Numbered from the stretch's first letter, positions 35,796-46,406 are shown. The stretch is DNA of 64,000 nt from Candidatus Woesearchaeota archaeon (GCA_018302815.1 JAGVZE010000010.1:3523-67522); one strand, 5' to 3'. Notes: generated from the sequence alone by a model not told the origin. Numbers and translations: made by a program.

Positions 35796-37225
35796 ACACT
35801 CCCCCTAAGAACGTGATATACATATCTATTGATTGCGGAAGACGCGATCATTTCAGCTGTTATGGCTATCCTGATACTACGACACCGAACATAGATCGGT
35901 TCAGCAAAAAAAGCACACTATTCAGGAACGCGTTCACACAGGCGCCATCAACACTTCCATCACACTCGACGCTATTCACATCAACATACCCCTCAGTGCA
36001 CGAGGCGGAAATATCAACAGGTAAAGCCCTGCCAAAAACAATCCCGACCATCGCGTCAATACTGCAACACGCAGGTTATGCGACCGCATCTTTCAACGGA
36101 GGAGCGCAACTCGACCCCTCATGGAAACTTGACCGAGGTTTTGACACGTACCAAACAGGGAAAAGCTTGGTAAATAATATCGAACTTGCGATCGACTGGG
36201 TGAAAGATAATAAGTCAACGCAGTTCTTCTTATTCCTGCACGGTTATGACGTACATAAACGCCTAAAACTCATGGGTCCGCGTTTTCTCGCGCAATTCGA
36301 TAATGCAGAACAAGCAGAGAAAGAAAGGGCAGCATTGAATGAGCGCCTCAAAAAAAATCCGACCGCATCTGAAGAAGACAAGCGAAAATACCTGCTTCTT
36401 TATGATGATAATTTAGAACTTGTGGATACAGCTCTGGGTCACCTGTTTACTTTTTTGGATGAGATTGACCTATCTGAAAACACCATCATCGTCATCTTTG
36501 CAGACCATGGAGAGGAACTTGGCGAGCGTTCAAGTGTGGCTTTGCACTCGCACACGCTCTATGATGAACTGTTACGCGTCCCCTTGCTATTGAAAATACC
36601 CGGAACAGAACAAAAAGAGATCGATAATCCTGTCGGACTTATCGACGTCACACCAACCATACTTGAAACGTTGGGAATAGATATTCCACAGATAATGCAA
36701 GGAAAAAGCGTCCTTCCAATAATGGCCGGCAAAGAAACACAAGACCGCACCATCTTTAGCGAATTCCATTATCCGCATTTTGAAAAAATGTGCGTACGCA
36801 CAAGACACCATAAATTGATAGAGACGCTACACACGAATTACGGCGAAGCTATGCTGAAAAACAAAGCCTTCAAAGGCTCCCAGTATTCAAAAATACAAAA
36901 AATCAAGGAATTCTCAAATAGACCGGCATACCTTCTTGCAAACGCAATTTATTTCATACTCAAAAGAATAGGATTATGCTCTCTTTGGATTCGGCTTTTT
37001 GGTCTTTTCAAGACGTATGAATTCTACGATCTTAAAATCGATCCGAAAGAGGAGACCAATATCTACTATGACGACCCTGCGAAAGCAAGCAGCCACCTGA
37101 AACTTCTTGAGAAATTATGCAAAATAAACCAGCAGAGAAGAGACGTTAAAGATTCAACACCCCGAATCGTTCAAATGAGTGAAAAATTAAAAAAACGGCT
37201 TAGCGAGCTCGGATACATTCAATAA
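35792..37225 (+). CDS. Sulfatase-like AlkP protein, Thr-type (TLPSH)
   Basis: ISID..R.DH..CYGY...TTP, STLPSH, YDVH, ADHGEE, E.YDL..DP.E, L..LGYI. Confidence 0.85.
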   Translation: MNTPPKNVIYISIDCGRRDHFSCYGYPDTTTPNIDRFSKKSTLFRNAFTQAPSTLPSHSTLFTSTYPSVHEAEISTGKALPKTIPTIASILQHAGYATASFNGGAQLDPSWKLDRGFDTYQTGKSLVNNIELAIDWVKDNKSTQFFLFLHGYDVHKRLKLMGPRFLAQFDNAEQAEKERAALNERLKKNPTASEEDKRKYLLLYDDNLELVDTALGHLFTFLDEIDLSENTIIVIFADHGEELGERSSVALHSHTLYDELLRVPLLLKIPGTEQKEIDNPVGLIDVTPTILETLGIDIPQIMQGKSVLPIMAGKETQDRTIFSEFHYPHFEKMCVRTRHHKLIETLHTNYGEAMLKNKAFKGSQYSKIQKIKEFSNRPAYLLANAIYFILKRIGLCSLWIRLFGLFKTYEFYDLKIDPKEETNIYYDDPAKASSHLKLLEKLCKINQQRRDVKDSTPRIVQMSEKLKKRLSELGYIQ

Positions 37226-38360
37226 CTTTTTTCATGCCATTCACGAATACCGAAAGATCAAATTCCTTCGCACGCGCCATTCTTAAAGCAGAATCAGTTG
37301 GAATATCTTCTTTAATCGCCTGAGCAAGAGTCTTCGCAGTCATCTGCGGCACAAGTTTTCCCACACTTGGAAGAACAGTTTCAACATATCCTCCTGATTG
37401 AGGTGCGATAACGTATTTCCCAGAAGCTAAAGCCTCTATCACAGTCATCCCGAAATCCTCGTCTATCGCGGTTGTAATGAAACCCCTGCATCCCGCATAT
37501 AACTCGGCAAGTTCCTCTTCGCTCACTGCGCCTTTATATGTGACATTTTCAGGTAACCTATCAAGAATACCATTGAACGATGCATCATCTCCTTTCGCAC
37601 CCACGATGATCAAGTGTTCATCAGGCAAATCAGCGAATGCCTTTATTTGCATCATGATTCGTTTATGCCGCTCTATCCTATTCACACTAAGCCAGAAATT
37701 TTGAGGGTTTTTACATGAGTATTTTTGCGTGTCAATCCCAGGATACACAACCACCGATTCCCTGCCGAAAATGCCCTTCACTGAGTTCGCAGTGTATTTA
37801 CTGTTCACAACAATCGCAGTCACGCAATTCACAAATGATTTATCACTTTCAACATTCTTAAAAAAACGCAACGCCTTGAAATTCCTAATCAATTCACGCA
37901 AACCCTTCAATTTGCTATTTCGAATAATCCTAAATGCATCAGCCATTTGCCGCAATATCGGCGCTCTTTTTGACACTGCCTGCTTAAGTTTAATGAACAA
38001 GGTACTCTGCACCGGATAATGTAATCCTTTATCAGGATGATGGCAGTACCAAATAGACGGCTTATGCTTATCTGCTGCGTGTAAAGAATGTATGCCGCTG
38101 AAAATAAAAAAGTCATATTTTCCCTGAAAATCGCACTCGCTAAAGCGCTTGATTGTAACTCTGGTGCGTAAAATAGGCTCATTAATAGGTTCTCCTAAAC
38201 GAACAATATTTACCCCCTGCGCCTCAAGAACAGCGACAACCTCATCACTCGCCTGCCCAGTAATAATATCCGCACCCACTGCTTTAGCGAGGCATATCAT
38301 CAATTTCTCAGCGCCACCTATCGTTGAGAACGTGTCGTGTAAAATCGCTCCTTTCACCAC
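37200..38360 (-). CDS. GT4 glycosyltransferase (ALG2-like)
   Basis: HD.....GGAEK, YCH.P, NS.YT, NRI..HKR, EDFGMTVIEA; start estimated. Confidence 0.88.
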   Translation of the reverse strand: MVKGAILHDTFSTIGGAEKLMICLAKAVGADIITGQASDEVVAVLEAQGVNIVRLGEPINEPILRTRVTIKRFSECDFQGKYDFFIFSGIHSLHAADKHKPSIWYCHHPDKGLHYPVQSTLFIKLKQAVSKRAPILRQMADAFRIIRNSKLKGLRELIRNFKALRFFKNVESDKSFVNCVTAIVVNSKYTANSVKGIFGRESVVVYPGIDTQKYSCKNPQNFWLSVNRIERHKRIMMQIKAFADLPDEHLIIVGAKGDDASFNGILDRLPENVTYKGAVSEEELAELYAGCRGFITTAIDEDFGMTVIEALASGKYVIAPQSGGYVETVLPSVGKLVPQMTAKTLAQAIKEDIPTDSALRMARAKEFDLSVFVNGMKKVIECIRAR

Positions 38361-38519
38361 GATCCAAGAAGGACAAGCATATATAAATTTGACCACATCT
38401 CCCGCAGAATTGGCAATCTCAATCACAGTATTATCTTCATAGTTCTAGAAAAAAACTTAACGTTCGTTAAAAACATTACACAATATTTAAAAAGCACATT
38501 TTCACCGTAAATAGGCATT

Positions 38520-39662
38520 ATGAGCCCAGTAGTAAAGACACAATACCACTCATGGTGCACAGGAAACTTATCAGAAGGATGCATCCAGTGCGTCAACGGC
38601 CGAAAACTAGTACTTTTCATCACAGGGCTTTGCGCGCAGCGATGCTGGTACTGCCCTGTAAGCGAACAAAAATTCGGAGAAGATGTCGCTTTTGCCAACG
38701 AATGGAAAATCAGCGACCCGAAAAATCCTGTTGAATTATTCGAAGAAGCGCGGCTAACTAACGCGACAGGAGCCGGAATAACAGGCGGAGACCCCCTCGT
38801 TCTAACAGAACGGTGCGTTGAATATATCAAACTTCTAAAAAAACGATTCGGCAAAGAATTCCACATACACCTATACACTCCACTAAAACTAGTCACACAA
38901 GAACGCCTCAAAAAACTATACGACGCAGGACTTGATGAAATAAGATTTCACCCCAATATCGAAGACAAAACCTTGTGGGACAGGCTTAATCTCGCAAAAC
39001 AATTCAAATGGAAAATTGGAATAGAAATACCAGTCATACCTTTCCTTGAAAAAGAGATGAAAGAACTCATAGATTACGCAAAAGGCAAGATTGACTTCAT
39101 CAATTTGAACGAACTAGAACGCTCAGACACCCAAACAAGCCATTACAAAATCGATGAGAGAAACTTGAAGCAGAAAGACGCAATAAGTTACGGCGTGAAA
39201 GGCAGCAAAGAACTCGCATTAAAACTATTGAAATACGCGCAAAGCAAAGGACTCGCCGCGCACTTTTGCACTGCAAAACTAAAAGATTCCGTGCAGATGA
39301 AAAACAGGTTACAGATACGCGCCAAGAATGCGAAGTACGATTTTGATGAAATGACTGAAGAGGGCCTGCTTCTAAGGGGATGCGCATATTTGAAACAGCT
39401 CGCCCCAGGAGCAGGATACCGCGAGAAAATAAAGCAAGCGGATAAACAAAAATTATTGCGCGAATTAGAGATTATCAGAAAAACAGTACTCTCCAAATGG
39501 GAAACTCCCATTGAAATAGACAGCGAAAAACTGCGCATCATACTTCCAATAGAATTCGTCAAAAAGCATAAGCTAGCGCTTAAAAAAATAGGAGTAATAC
39601 TCGCAATAGTAGAAGAATATCCTACCGCTGACGCCATAGAAATGACTGTCGACTTTCTTTGA
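38520..39662 (+). CDS. Conserved archaeal radical SAM protein (uncharacterised)
   Basis: GC..C..G.KLVLFITGLC...CWYCP, ITGGDPL, H.HLYT, LDEIRFHP. Confidence 0.85.
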   Translation: MSPVVKTQYHSWCTGNLSEGCIQCVNGRKLVLFITGLCAQRCWYCPVSEQKFGEDVAFANEWKISDPKNPVELFEEARLTNATGAGITGGDPLVLTERCVEYIKLLKKRFGKEFHIHLYTPLKLVTQERLKKLYDAGLDEIRFHPNIEDKTLWDRLNLAKQFKWKIGIEIPVIPFLEKEMKELIDYAKGKIDFINLNELERSDTQTSHYKIDERNLKQKDAISYGVKGSKELALKLLKYAQSKGLAAHFCTAKLKDSVQMKNRLQIRAKNAKYDFDEMTEEGLLLRGCAYLKQLAPGAGYREKIKQADKQKLLRELEIIRKTVLSKWETPIEIDSEKLRIILPIEFVKKHKLALKKIGVILAIVEEYPTADAIEMTVDFL

Positions 39663-39742
39663 TTGAACTGTTCAAAGTGCGGGAAAAGAGCATCAAAAGC
39701 AGGTGTAAATACTCCACTCTCACTGGACAATCGTCCATTATC

Positions 39743-39750
39743 TTTATAAA
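39743..39750 (+). promoter_or_regulatory. TATA box of the uvrBAC operon
   Basis: TTTATAAA ending 23 nt before the uvrB ATG. Confidence 0.6.
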
Positions 39751-39772
39751 TCATCCATAGCGGTTATACTAT

Positions 39773-41689
39773 ATGGGGTTCAAACTGCACTCACGATTCT
39801 CGCCCGCAGGAGGGCAGCCGGAAACTATCAAAAAGCTTGTTGAAGGATTCAAACAGCGAAGCTGCCAAACCCTGCTTGGAATCACAGGAAGCGGAAAGAC
39901 TTTTGTGATGGCAAATGTTATCGACAAGGTTCAAAAGCCAACACTGGTCCTTGCCCACAACAAAACACTAGCAGCACAGCTTTACGCAGAACTCAAAGAC
40001 CTCTTTCCTGAGAATCGCGTCGAATACTTCATCAGCTACTACGACTACTACCAACCAGAAAGCTATCTGCCCACGACCGACACATACATCGAAAAGGATT
40101 CGAGCGTCAATGAGCAAATAGAAAAAATGAGACTCAAAGCGACATCAAGCCTTCTTTCACGCGATGACGTCATAATAGTCGCATCAATTAGCTGCATTTA
40201 CGGCCTTGGAGACCCAGGCAACTTCAAAGAACTATCCATCGAACTCAAAAAAGGAACAACGCTAAAACGCCAAGACCTGATCTCAAGCCTTGTACGCACG
40301 CAATATGAAAGAAACGATACTGCGCCCACCACAGGGCAATTCAGAGTACGAGGCGATGCGATAGACATCTATCCCGCGTATGACGACACGTTAATTCGCG
40401 TAGAACTCTTCGGCGACTCAATAGATAGGATAAGCGAACTGCACCCACTCACAAACGAAACCATCGCTTCACTAGAACACCTTCGAATCTTCCCAGCCAA
40501 ACAATTCGTTGTTCCAGAAGAAAAACAGCAACGCGCAATAGAAGAAATCAAATCAGAGCTCGAAGACTGGGCGCCCAACCTGCCAGAACTTGAAAGGCAG
40601 CGCCTCACAAAGCGAGTCAAATACGACCTTGAAATGCTAAATGAACTTGGCTATTGCTCAGGAATCGAAAACTACTCGAGGCATTTCGATGGCAGAAAAC
40701 AAGGAGAGCCGCCGTTCGTGCTTCTCGACTACTTTCCAGAGGATTTCCTTCTAATAATCGATGAAAGCCATCAAACAATACCCCAATCAAAAGCAATGTA
40801 CAAAGGAGACTATTCACGCAAGAAAAATCTCGTGGACTTTGGATTCCGCCTTCCCTGCGCGTTTGACAACCGCCCACTCAAATTTGAGGAGTTCGAGCAA
40901 TACTTCAAGAATGTACTCTTTGTCAGCGCGACGCCAGCAGAATATGAACTGCAAAAATCCAACCAGATAGTCGAACTAATCATCAGGCCGACAGGACTTC
41001 TTGACCCGCTCGTGGAAGTGCGTCCAATAACGGGACAAGTCAAGGACCTAATCGGCGAAATAAACAAAACAACAGCAAAGAACGAACGCGTCATCGTCAC
41101 AACACTAACCAAAAGAATGGCTGAGGACCTAACCGATCATCTCGCGAAAGCAGACATCAAAGTAAGATACCTGCACAGCGACATCGACAGCCTCGAACGC
41201 ATAGAACTCATACGTGCGCTTCGCGCCAAAGAATTCGACGTCCTTGTCGGAATAAATCTACTGCGAGAAGGACTTGATATTCCTGAAGTATCCCTTGTCG
41301 CAATACTTGACGCTGACAAAGAAGGATTCCTTCGAAACGAACGAAGCCTAATTCAAACAATCGGAAGAGCCGCGCGCAACGTCAATGGAAGAGTCATACT
41401 CTATGCAGACGTCATGACTGAATCAATGCAGAGCGCCATGGCGATAACAAAACGCAGGCGAATGGCACAAGAACAGTTCAACAAAAAGAACGGCATAACC
41501 CCACAGACAATAATAAAATCAGTCGCGAAAAAAACACGCGAGCTCAAAGGAACAAAACACATGTCAAAAACAGACATCAACAGAATGCTTGTCCAGCTGG
41601 AAGCGGATATGCGAACGGCAGCAGAACAACTCAACTTCGAAAAAGCCATACAAATCCGCGACCAACTGCGCGAACTTAGAGGTGAATGA
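39773..41689 (+). CDS. uvrB: Excinuclease ABC subunit B
   Basis: GITGSGKT, HNKTLAAQL, YYDYYQPE, DESH, QTIGRAARN, C-terminal UVR domain. Confidence 0.98.
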   Translation: MGFKLHSRFSPAGGQPETIKKLVEGFKQRSCQTLLGITGSGKTFVMANVIDKVQKPTLVLAHNKTLAAQLYAELKDLFPENRVEYFISYYDYYQPESYLPTTDTYIEKDSSVNEQIEKMRLKATSSLLSRDDVIIVASISCIYGLGDPGNFKELSIELKKGTTLKRQDLISSLVRTQYERNDTAPTTGQFRVRGDAIDIYPAYDDTLIRVELFGDSIDRISELHPLTNETIASLEHLRIFPAKQFVVPEEKQQRAIEEIKSELEDWAPNLPELERQRLTKRVKYDLEMLNELGYCSGIENYSRHFDGRKQGEPPFVLLDYFPEDFLLIIDESHQTIPQSKAMYKGDYSRKKNLVDFGFRLPCAFDNRPLKFEEFEQYFKNVLFVSATPAEYELQKSNQIVELIIRPTGLLDPLVEVRPITGQVKDLIGEINKTTAKNERVIVTTLTKRMAEDLTDHLAKADIKVRYLHSDIDSLERIELIRALRAKEFDVLVGINLLREGLDIPEVSLVAILDADKEGFLRNERSLIQTIGRAARNVNGRVILYADVMTESMQSAMAITKRRRMAQEQFNKKNGITPQTIIKSVAKKTRELKGTKHMSKTDINRMLVQLEADMRTAAEQLNFEKAIQIRDQLRELRGE

Positions 41690-41690
41690 A

Positions 41691-44540
41691 ATGAACGACA
41701 ACCTGATAGTTCGAGGAGCACGAGAACACAATCTTAAAAATATCAGCGTCGAGATGCCCCGCAACAAATTCATCGTAATCACCGGACTTTCAGGAAGCGG
41801 AAAATCCACACTCGCGTTCGATACAATCTACGCAGAAGGACAGCGAAGGTATGTTGAATCGCTTTCAGCATACGCGCGCCAGTTCTTGGGCCTTATGAAT
41901 AAGCCCGATGTCGATTCAATCGAAGGACTAAGCCCGGCGATCAGCATTGAGCAGAAAACAACCTCAAAGAATCCACGCTCGACAGTAGGAACAGTCACAG
42001 AAATATACGATTACCTGCGCCTTCTGTTCGCAAGAGTTGGAACAATGCACTGCCCCGAATGCAATAGCTCGCTTCGACCGCAAAGCGCGGAAAACATAGT
42101 CAACCTCATAATGTCGGACGCGGGAAAAGAACTGCTAATCCTCGCGCCAATCATCAGAGGAATGAAAGGAACACACGAAAAACTGTTCGAAGACGCAAAA
42201 AAAGACGGATTCGCCCGAGTGCGCATAGACGGACAAGTAATCCGCACAGATGAAACGCCTCCAAAACTCGAACGATACGAAAAACACTGGATGGAAGTCG
42301 TCATCGACCACGTCAAAATAAATGAAGAAAATAGGCACAGGCTAACAGAAGCTGTCGAAAGCGCACTGCACAAAGGAAAAGGCACGCTGATAGCAATAGA
42401 CGCGAAAGATGACAAGACAAAACTCAAAGAAATAGAGCGCTCATCCAACGAAACAGTCTTCACAAGCTTTGGAGCCTGCCCTGACCACCCTCACATCGTG
42501 TTCGAACAACTTGAACCGCGAATGTTCTCATTCAACAGCCCATTTGGCGCGTGCCAATCCTGCCTTGGACTTGGAGAGCACCTTGAGATATCGCCTGACC
42601 TTGTGATTCCCAACAAAGATAAGAGCATAATGGACGGCGCGATAATAGTCTATGGAAAAATGGATCTGCAGTGGAGAGCTCAACAAATAGGCGCTGTCGG
42701 CAAGAAATTCGGATTCGACCTTTTCACCCCCATAAAGAATTTCACCAAAAAACAACTTGACGTGCTGCTCTTTGGAACAAGCGAACCCATCACAGGACGA
42801 TGGAGCACAGGACAACAAATGAATTTCGATAGCGGATGGGAAGGAGTCATTCCGCAAACGATGCGCCTTTACAAACAGACAGAATCGGACTGGAGAAAAC
42901 AAGAGATTGAAAAATTCATGATAAGCAATCCTTGCACTGTCTGCAAAGGAAAACGCCTCAAAGACACCATTCTCTCTGTCAAGATAGCAGACAAATCAAT
43001 AATAGATGTAACCGACCTCTCTGTCGAACGCGCTCTAGCGTATTTCAAAGAACTTCCTTCGAAACTTGGCGAAAAAGACCTGTTCATCGCAAAACAAGTG
43101 CTCAAAGAAATAAACGATCGACTAGGATTCTTGCACAACGTAGGACTTGGCTATCTGAACCTCTCGCGAAGCGCGCGCACGCTATCAGGCGGAGAAGCGC
43201 AGCGAATAAGGCTTGCGACGCAAATAGGCTCGAACCTCATGGGAGTCCTATACGTGCTTGACGAACCTAGCATCGGCCTGCACCAGCGCGACAACGAAAA
43301 GCTCATAAATACACTGCACAGGCTGCGCGACCTTGGAAACACACTCATCGTCGTCGAACACGATGAAGACACTATGCGCTCCGCAGACTATCTAATCGAT
43401 ATGGGCCCTGGAGCCGGAGAACACGGAGGCCACATCTGCGCGAGAGGAAAACCATCAGAAGTGATGAAAAACAAAAAGTCCCTCACAGGACAATATCTTG
43501 CCGGCTTAAAAAAGATTGAATCTCCGAAGGAACGAAGAAAGCCAACTGATCATCTAACAATAACAGGCGCTAGCGAGAACAACCTCAAAAATGTAAGCGT
43601 GAAATTCCCCCTCGGAGTTCTCTGCGGAATCACAGGCGTTTCAGGAAGCGGAAAATCAACACTCATGAACCAGACATTAATACCTGTCTTGCAAAAACAT
43701 TTCGGCGCAACACCAGGAAAAATCGGAAAATACCAAGACCTCAAGATACCATCGACAATTGACAATGTAATAGTCATAGACCAAGAGCCAATCGGCAGAA
43801 CCCCTCGCTCGAACCCCGCGACGTATACAAAACTCTTTGACGAAATACGCGCCATATTCGCAGACACAAAAGAAGCACGCGCCAGAGGATACAAAGAAGG
43901 CAGATTCAGCTTCAACGTCAAAGGAGGACGATGCGAGAGATGCCAGGGCGATGGAGTCATCAAGATAGAGATGAATTTCCTGCCTGATGTGTACGTTCCT
44001 TGCGAAGACTGCAAGGAAAAACGATACAACAAGGATACGTTGTCTATCACTTACAAGGACAAATGCATCGCAGATGTTTTGGAACTAAGCGTAGAAGAAT
44101 CTATTAAGTTCTTTGAGAATCACCCTTCAATAATGCGCAAACTCCAAACGCTCTTTGATGTCGGGCTTGGCTATATCAAACTTGGCCAAAGCTCCACAAC
44201 ACTTTCAGGCGGAGAATCCCAGCGCATAAAACTAACGCGCGAACTTGCTAAAAGCAAACGAGGAAGCACTCTTTACCTGCTTGATGAACCCACAACAGGG
44301 CTTCATTTCGAGGACGTTCGAAAACTAATCACTGTGCTGAACAGGCTTGTCGAGAAAGGCAATTCAGTCTTTGTAATCGAACACAACCTTGACGTCATAA
44401 AATGCTGCGATCACATCATCGACCTTGGACCTGAAGGCGGAGACAAAGGAGGGGTTGTAGTGGCGCAAGGAACCCCTGAAGAACTATGCGAATATGAACA
44501 ATCCTACACCGCAAAATTCCTTAAAAAATTGTTGAAATGA
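41691..44540 (+). CDS. uvrA: Excinuclease ABC subunit A
   Basis: GAREHNLKN, two ABC cassettes (GLSGSGKS, GVSGSGKS, LSGGE), Zn fingers; GAGGTGA RBS before ATG 41691. Confidence 0.98.
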   Translation: MNDNLIVRGAREHNLKNISVEMPRNKFIVITGLSGSGKSTLAFDTIYAEGQRRYVESLSAYARQFLGLMNKPDVDSIEGLSPAISIEQKTTSKNPRSTVGTVTEIYDYLRLLFARVGTMHCPECNSSLRPQSAENIVNLIMSDAGKELLILAPIIRGMKGTHEKLFEDAKKDGFARVRIDGQVIRTDETPPKLERYEKHWMEVVIDHVKINEENRHRLTEAVESALHKGKGTLIAIDAKDDKTKLKEIERSSNETVFTSFGACPDHPHIVFEQLEPRMFSFNSPFGACQSCLGLGEHLEISPDLVIPNKDKSIMDGAIIVYGKMDLQWRAQQIGAVGKKFGFDLFTPIKNFTKKQLDVLLFGTSEPITGRWSTGQQMNFDSGWEGVIPQTMRLYKQTESDWRKQEIEKFMISNPCTVCKGKRLKDTILSVKIADKSIIDVTDLSVERALAYFKELPSKLGEKDLFIAKQVLKEINDRLGFLHNVGLGYLNLSRSARTLSGGEAQRIRLATQIGSNLMGVLYVLDEPSIGLHQRDNEKLINTLHRLRDLGNTLIVVEHDEDTMRSADYLIDMGPGAGEHGGHICARGKPSEVMKNKKSLTGQYLAGLKKIESPKERRKPTDHLTITGASENNLKNVSVKFPLGVLCGITGVSGSGKSTLMNQTLIPVLQKHFGATPGKIGKYQDLKIPSTIDNVIVIDQEPIGRTPRSNPATYTKLFDEIRAIFADTKEARARGYKEGRFSFNVKGGRCERCQGDGVIKIEMNFLPDVYVPCEDCKEKRYNKDTLSITYKDKCIADVLELSVEESIKFFENHPSIMRKLQTLFDVGLGYIKLGQSSTTLSGGESQRIKLTRELAKSKRGSTLYLLDEPTTGLHFEDVRKLITVLNRLVEKGNSVFVIEHNLDVIKCCDHIIDLGPEGGDKGGVVVAQGTPEELCEYEQSYTAKFLKKLLK

Positions 44541-44549
44541 GCCAACCAA

Positions 44550-46142
44550 ATGATCAATTCCATCAATCACACTGTCAATCCAAAAACGATACCGACTGAG
44601 CCAGGAGTCTATCTGTTCAAAGATGAATCAGGCACGATAATTTATGTTGGCAAAGCGCGAAATCTGCGAAACAGAGTATCATCCTACTTCAACAACACAG
44701 AAAAGTCGGTGAAAACTCAAGTGCTTGTCAAGCGAATCCACAGCGCAGAATATTTCATAGTGGATAATGAAACAGAAGCCCTTCTGCTTGAAAACAAATT
44801 AATCAAGCAACACAGCCCGAAATACAACATCAGCCTAAAAGACGCGAAAACTTATGCGTACATACAGCTAACAGACGAGAAGTTTGCGCGAATACTATCT
44901 TCAAGAAAGCCCGGCAAAGACGGCACGTTCTTTGGACCATATGTCGATGGAACCGCCCGCCACGAACTTGTCCAACTATCAATTCGACTGTTCAAACTTC
45001 GATCTTGCAAAAAACTTCCAAACAGAGCGTGCCTCAACTACCACATCGGCCTTTGCACAGCGCCCTGCATCAAAGCCGTGAGCGAAACACAGTATTTTGA
45101 ACAAGTGAGCGAAGCAAAAGAATTCCTCAAAGGCAACACAAAAGCCATAACTGAAAAACTAACTGTGGAGATGAAAGAAGCGTCAGATTCGCAAAAGTTC
45201 GAACTCGCGCTTGAAAAAAAGCGGCAGATTGATGCAATAGCCTCTCTGCACGAAAAACAGAAAGTAGACACTCTTAAAAACTACGACCAAGACGTCATCG
45301 TCCTGCTTGAGAACGACGAAAATGCAATCATTGAACACTTCTCAATCAAGAAAGGAGTAATATCAGGTAAGCACGAATTCAGATTCGAAAAACAAGAGGA
45401 CCTGCTCGAATCATTCATTAAATTGTACTATTCCGGAAATCTAATACCCCGCGAAATAATCTTAAACAAAGCCGCGTGGGCGGACAATACTGAGAAAAAC
45501 GCAATCGAATCATACCTATCACACCTGCGAAAAGGAAAAGTCGAACTACACGTGCCTGAACGAGGAGAGAAAGCAGGACTCGTACGGCTCGCTGAAAAGA
45601 ACGCCGCGCTCGCGCTTGAAAACACCACACTAAAAGAACTGCAAGAAACGCTCATATTACCTCGCCTGCCAAGAGTGATAGAATGCTTTGACATCAGCAA
45701 CCTAGGAACGCAAGATATCGTAGCAGGAATGACCCAATGGGTTGACGGCAAACCAAACAAGCCAGGCTATCGCAAATTCGAAATTCGCACAGTTATAGGA
45801 AAAAACGATGATTTCGCAAGCATGCGCGAAGTCATACACAGAAGATACCAGCGCCTATCTCAAGAGAATGCGCAATTCCCTGACTTGATAATAATCGATG
45901 GCGGCAAAGGCCAGCTTGACTCGGCGCTATTCAGCCTCGGAGAACTCGGATTGTCAATACCAATAATCGCTCTTGCCAAACAAGAAGAAGAGATTTACAC
46001 ACCACACGAAGAGTTTCCGAAGAAATTTGATAAAAATAGCACAGTGATGCTTCTTTTGCGTCAGATACGCGACAGTGTGCATAACTTCGCACTAAGCTAC
46101 AACCGCAAAAAACGACAAATGCGCCTAAGAAACGACGCTTAA
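44550..46142 (+). CDS. uvrC: Excinuclease ABC subunit C (no C-terminal HhH domain visible)
   Basis: PGVY, YVGKA.NLR.RV.SY GIY-YIG, ECFDIS, IDGGKGQ, RD..H.FA. Confidence 0.96.
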   Translation: MINSINHTVNPKTIPTEPGVYLFKDESGTIIYVGKARNLRNRVSSYFNNTEKSVKTQVLVKRIHSAEYFIVDNETEALLLENKLIKQHSPKYNISLKDAKTYAYIQLTDEKFARILSSRKPGKDGTFFGPYVDGTARHELVQLSIRLFKLRSCKKLPNRACLNYHIGLCTAPCIKAVSETQYFEQVSEAKEFLKGNTKAITEKLTVEMKEASDSQKFELALEKKRQIDAIASLHEKQKVDTLKNYDQDVIVLLENDENAIIEHFSIKKGVISGKHEFRFEKQEDLLESFIKLYYSGNLIPREIILNKAAWADNTEKNAIESYLSHLRKGKVELHVPERGEKAGLVRLAEKNAALALENTTLKELQETLILPRLPRVIECFDISNLGTQDIVAGMTQWVDGKPNKPGYRKFEIRTVIGKNDDFASMREVIHRRYQRLSQENAQFPDLIIIDGGKGQLDSALFSLGELGLSIPIIALAKQEEEIYTPHEEFPKKFDKNSTVMLLLRQIRDSVHNFALSYNRKKRQMRLRNDA

Positions 46143-46288
46143 AGCCTTCCGAAACGAGACTGAAGATGCTTTTGAACAGAATTAACTACTGAACTTAAAT
46201 GCTTACGTGCAACCTTGCGCCTCTTAACAGTTCGTCCATGCAATACCGGAACGGTGACGCCACGTATAGTGACAGTTCTTTGTGCCAT
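46139..46288 (-). CDS. Small basic protein (49 aa)
   Basis: MAQRTVTIRGVTVPVLHGRTVKRRKVARKHL...; minus-strand AAAAGGTTTATA box about 25 nt upstream supports this start rather than 46450. Confidence 0.5.
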   Translation of the reverse strand: MAQRTVTIRGVTVPVLHGRTVKRRKVARKHLSSVVNSVQKHLQSRFGRL

Positions 46289-46406
46289 AAGAATACTCAA
46301 GGCAAGCCCAAATATAAACCTTTTGTGCCACCTAATTGTGACTTTCCTGTCACCAAAGAATAAATCATTGAACGTCTTAAACATAGGAAATATGACGGAA
46401 TAGTCC

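Noticed and set aside
34398-37225. Classical formylglycine-dependent sulfatases
   Set aside because: They lack the (C/S)xPxR motif and carry TLPSH; no formylglycine-generating enzyme is adjacent
41589-41690. N-terminal extension of UvrA as given in the ORF track
   Set aside because: It overlaps uvrB; the GAGGTGA RBS and the conserved N-terminus place the start at 41691
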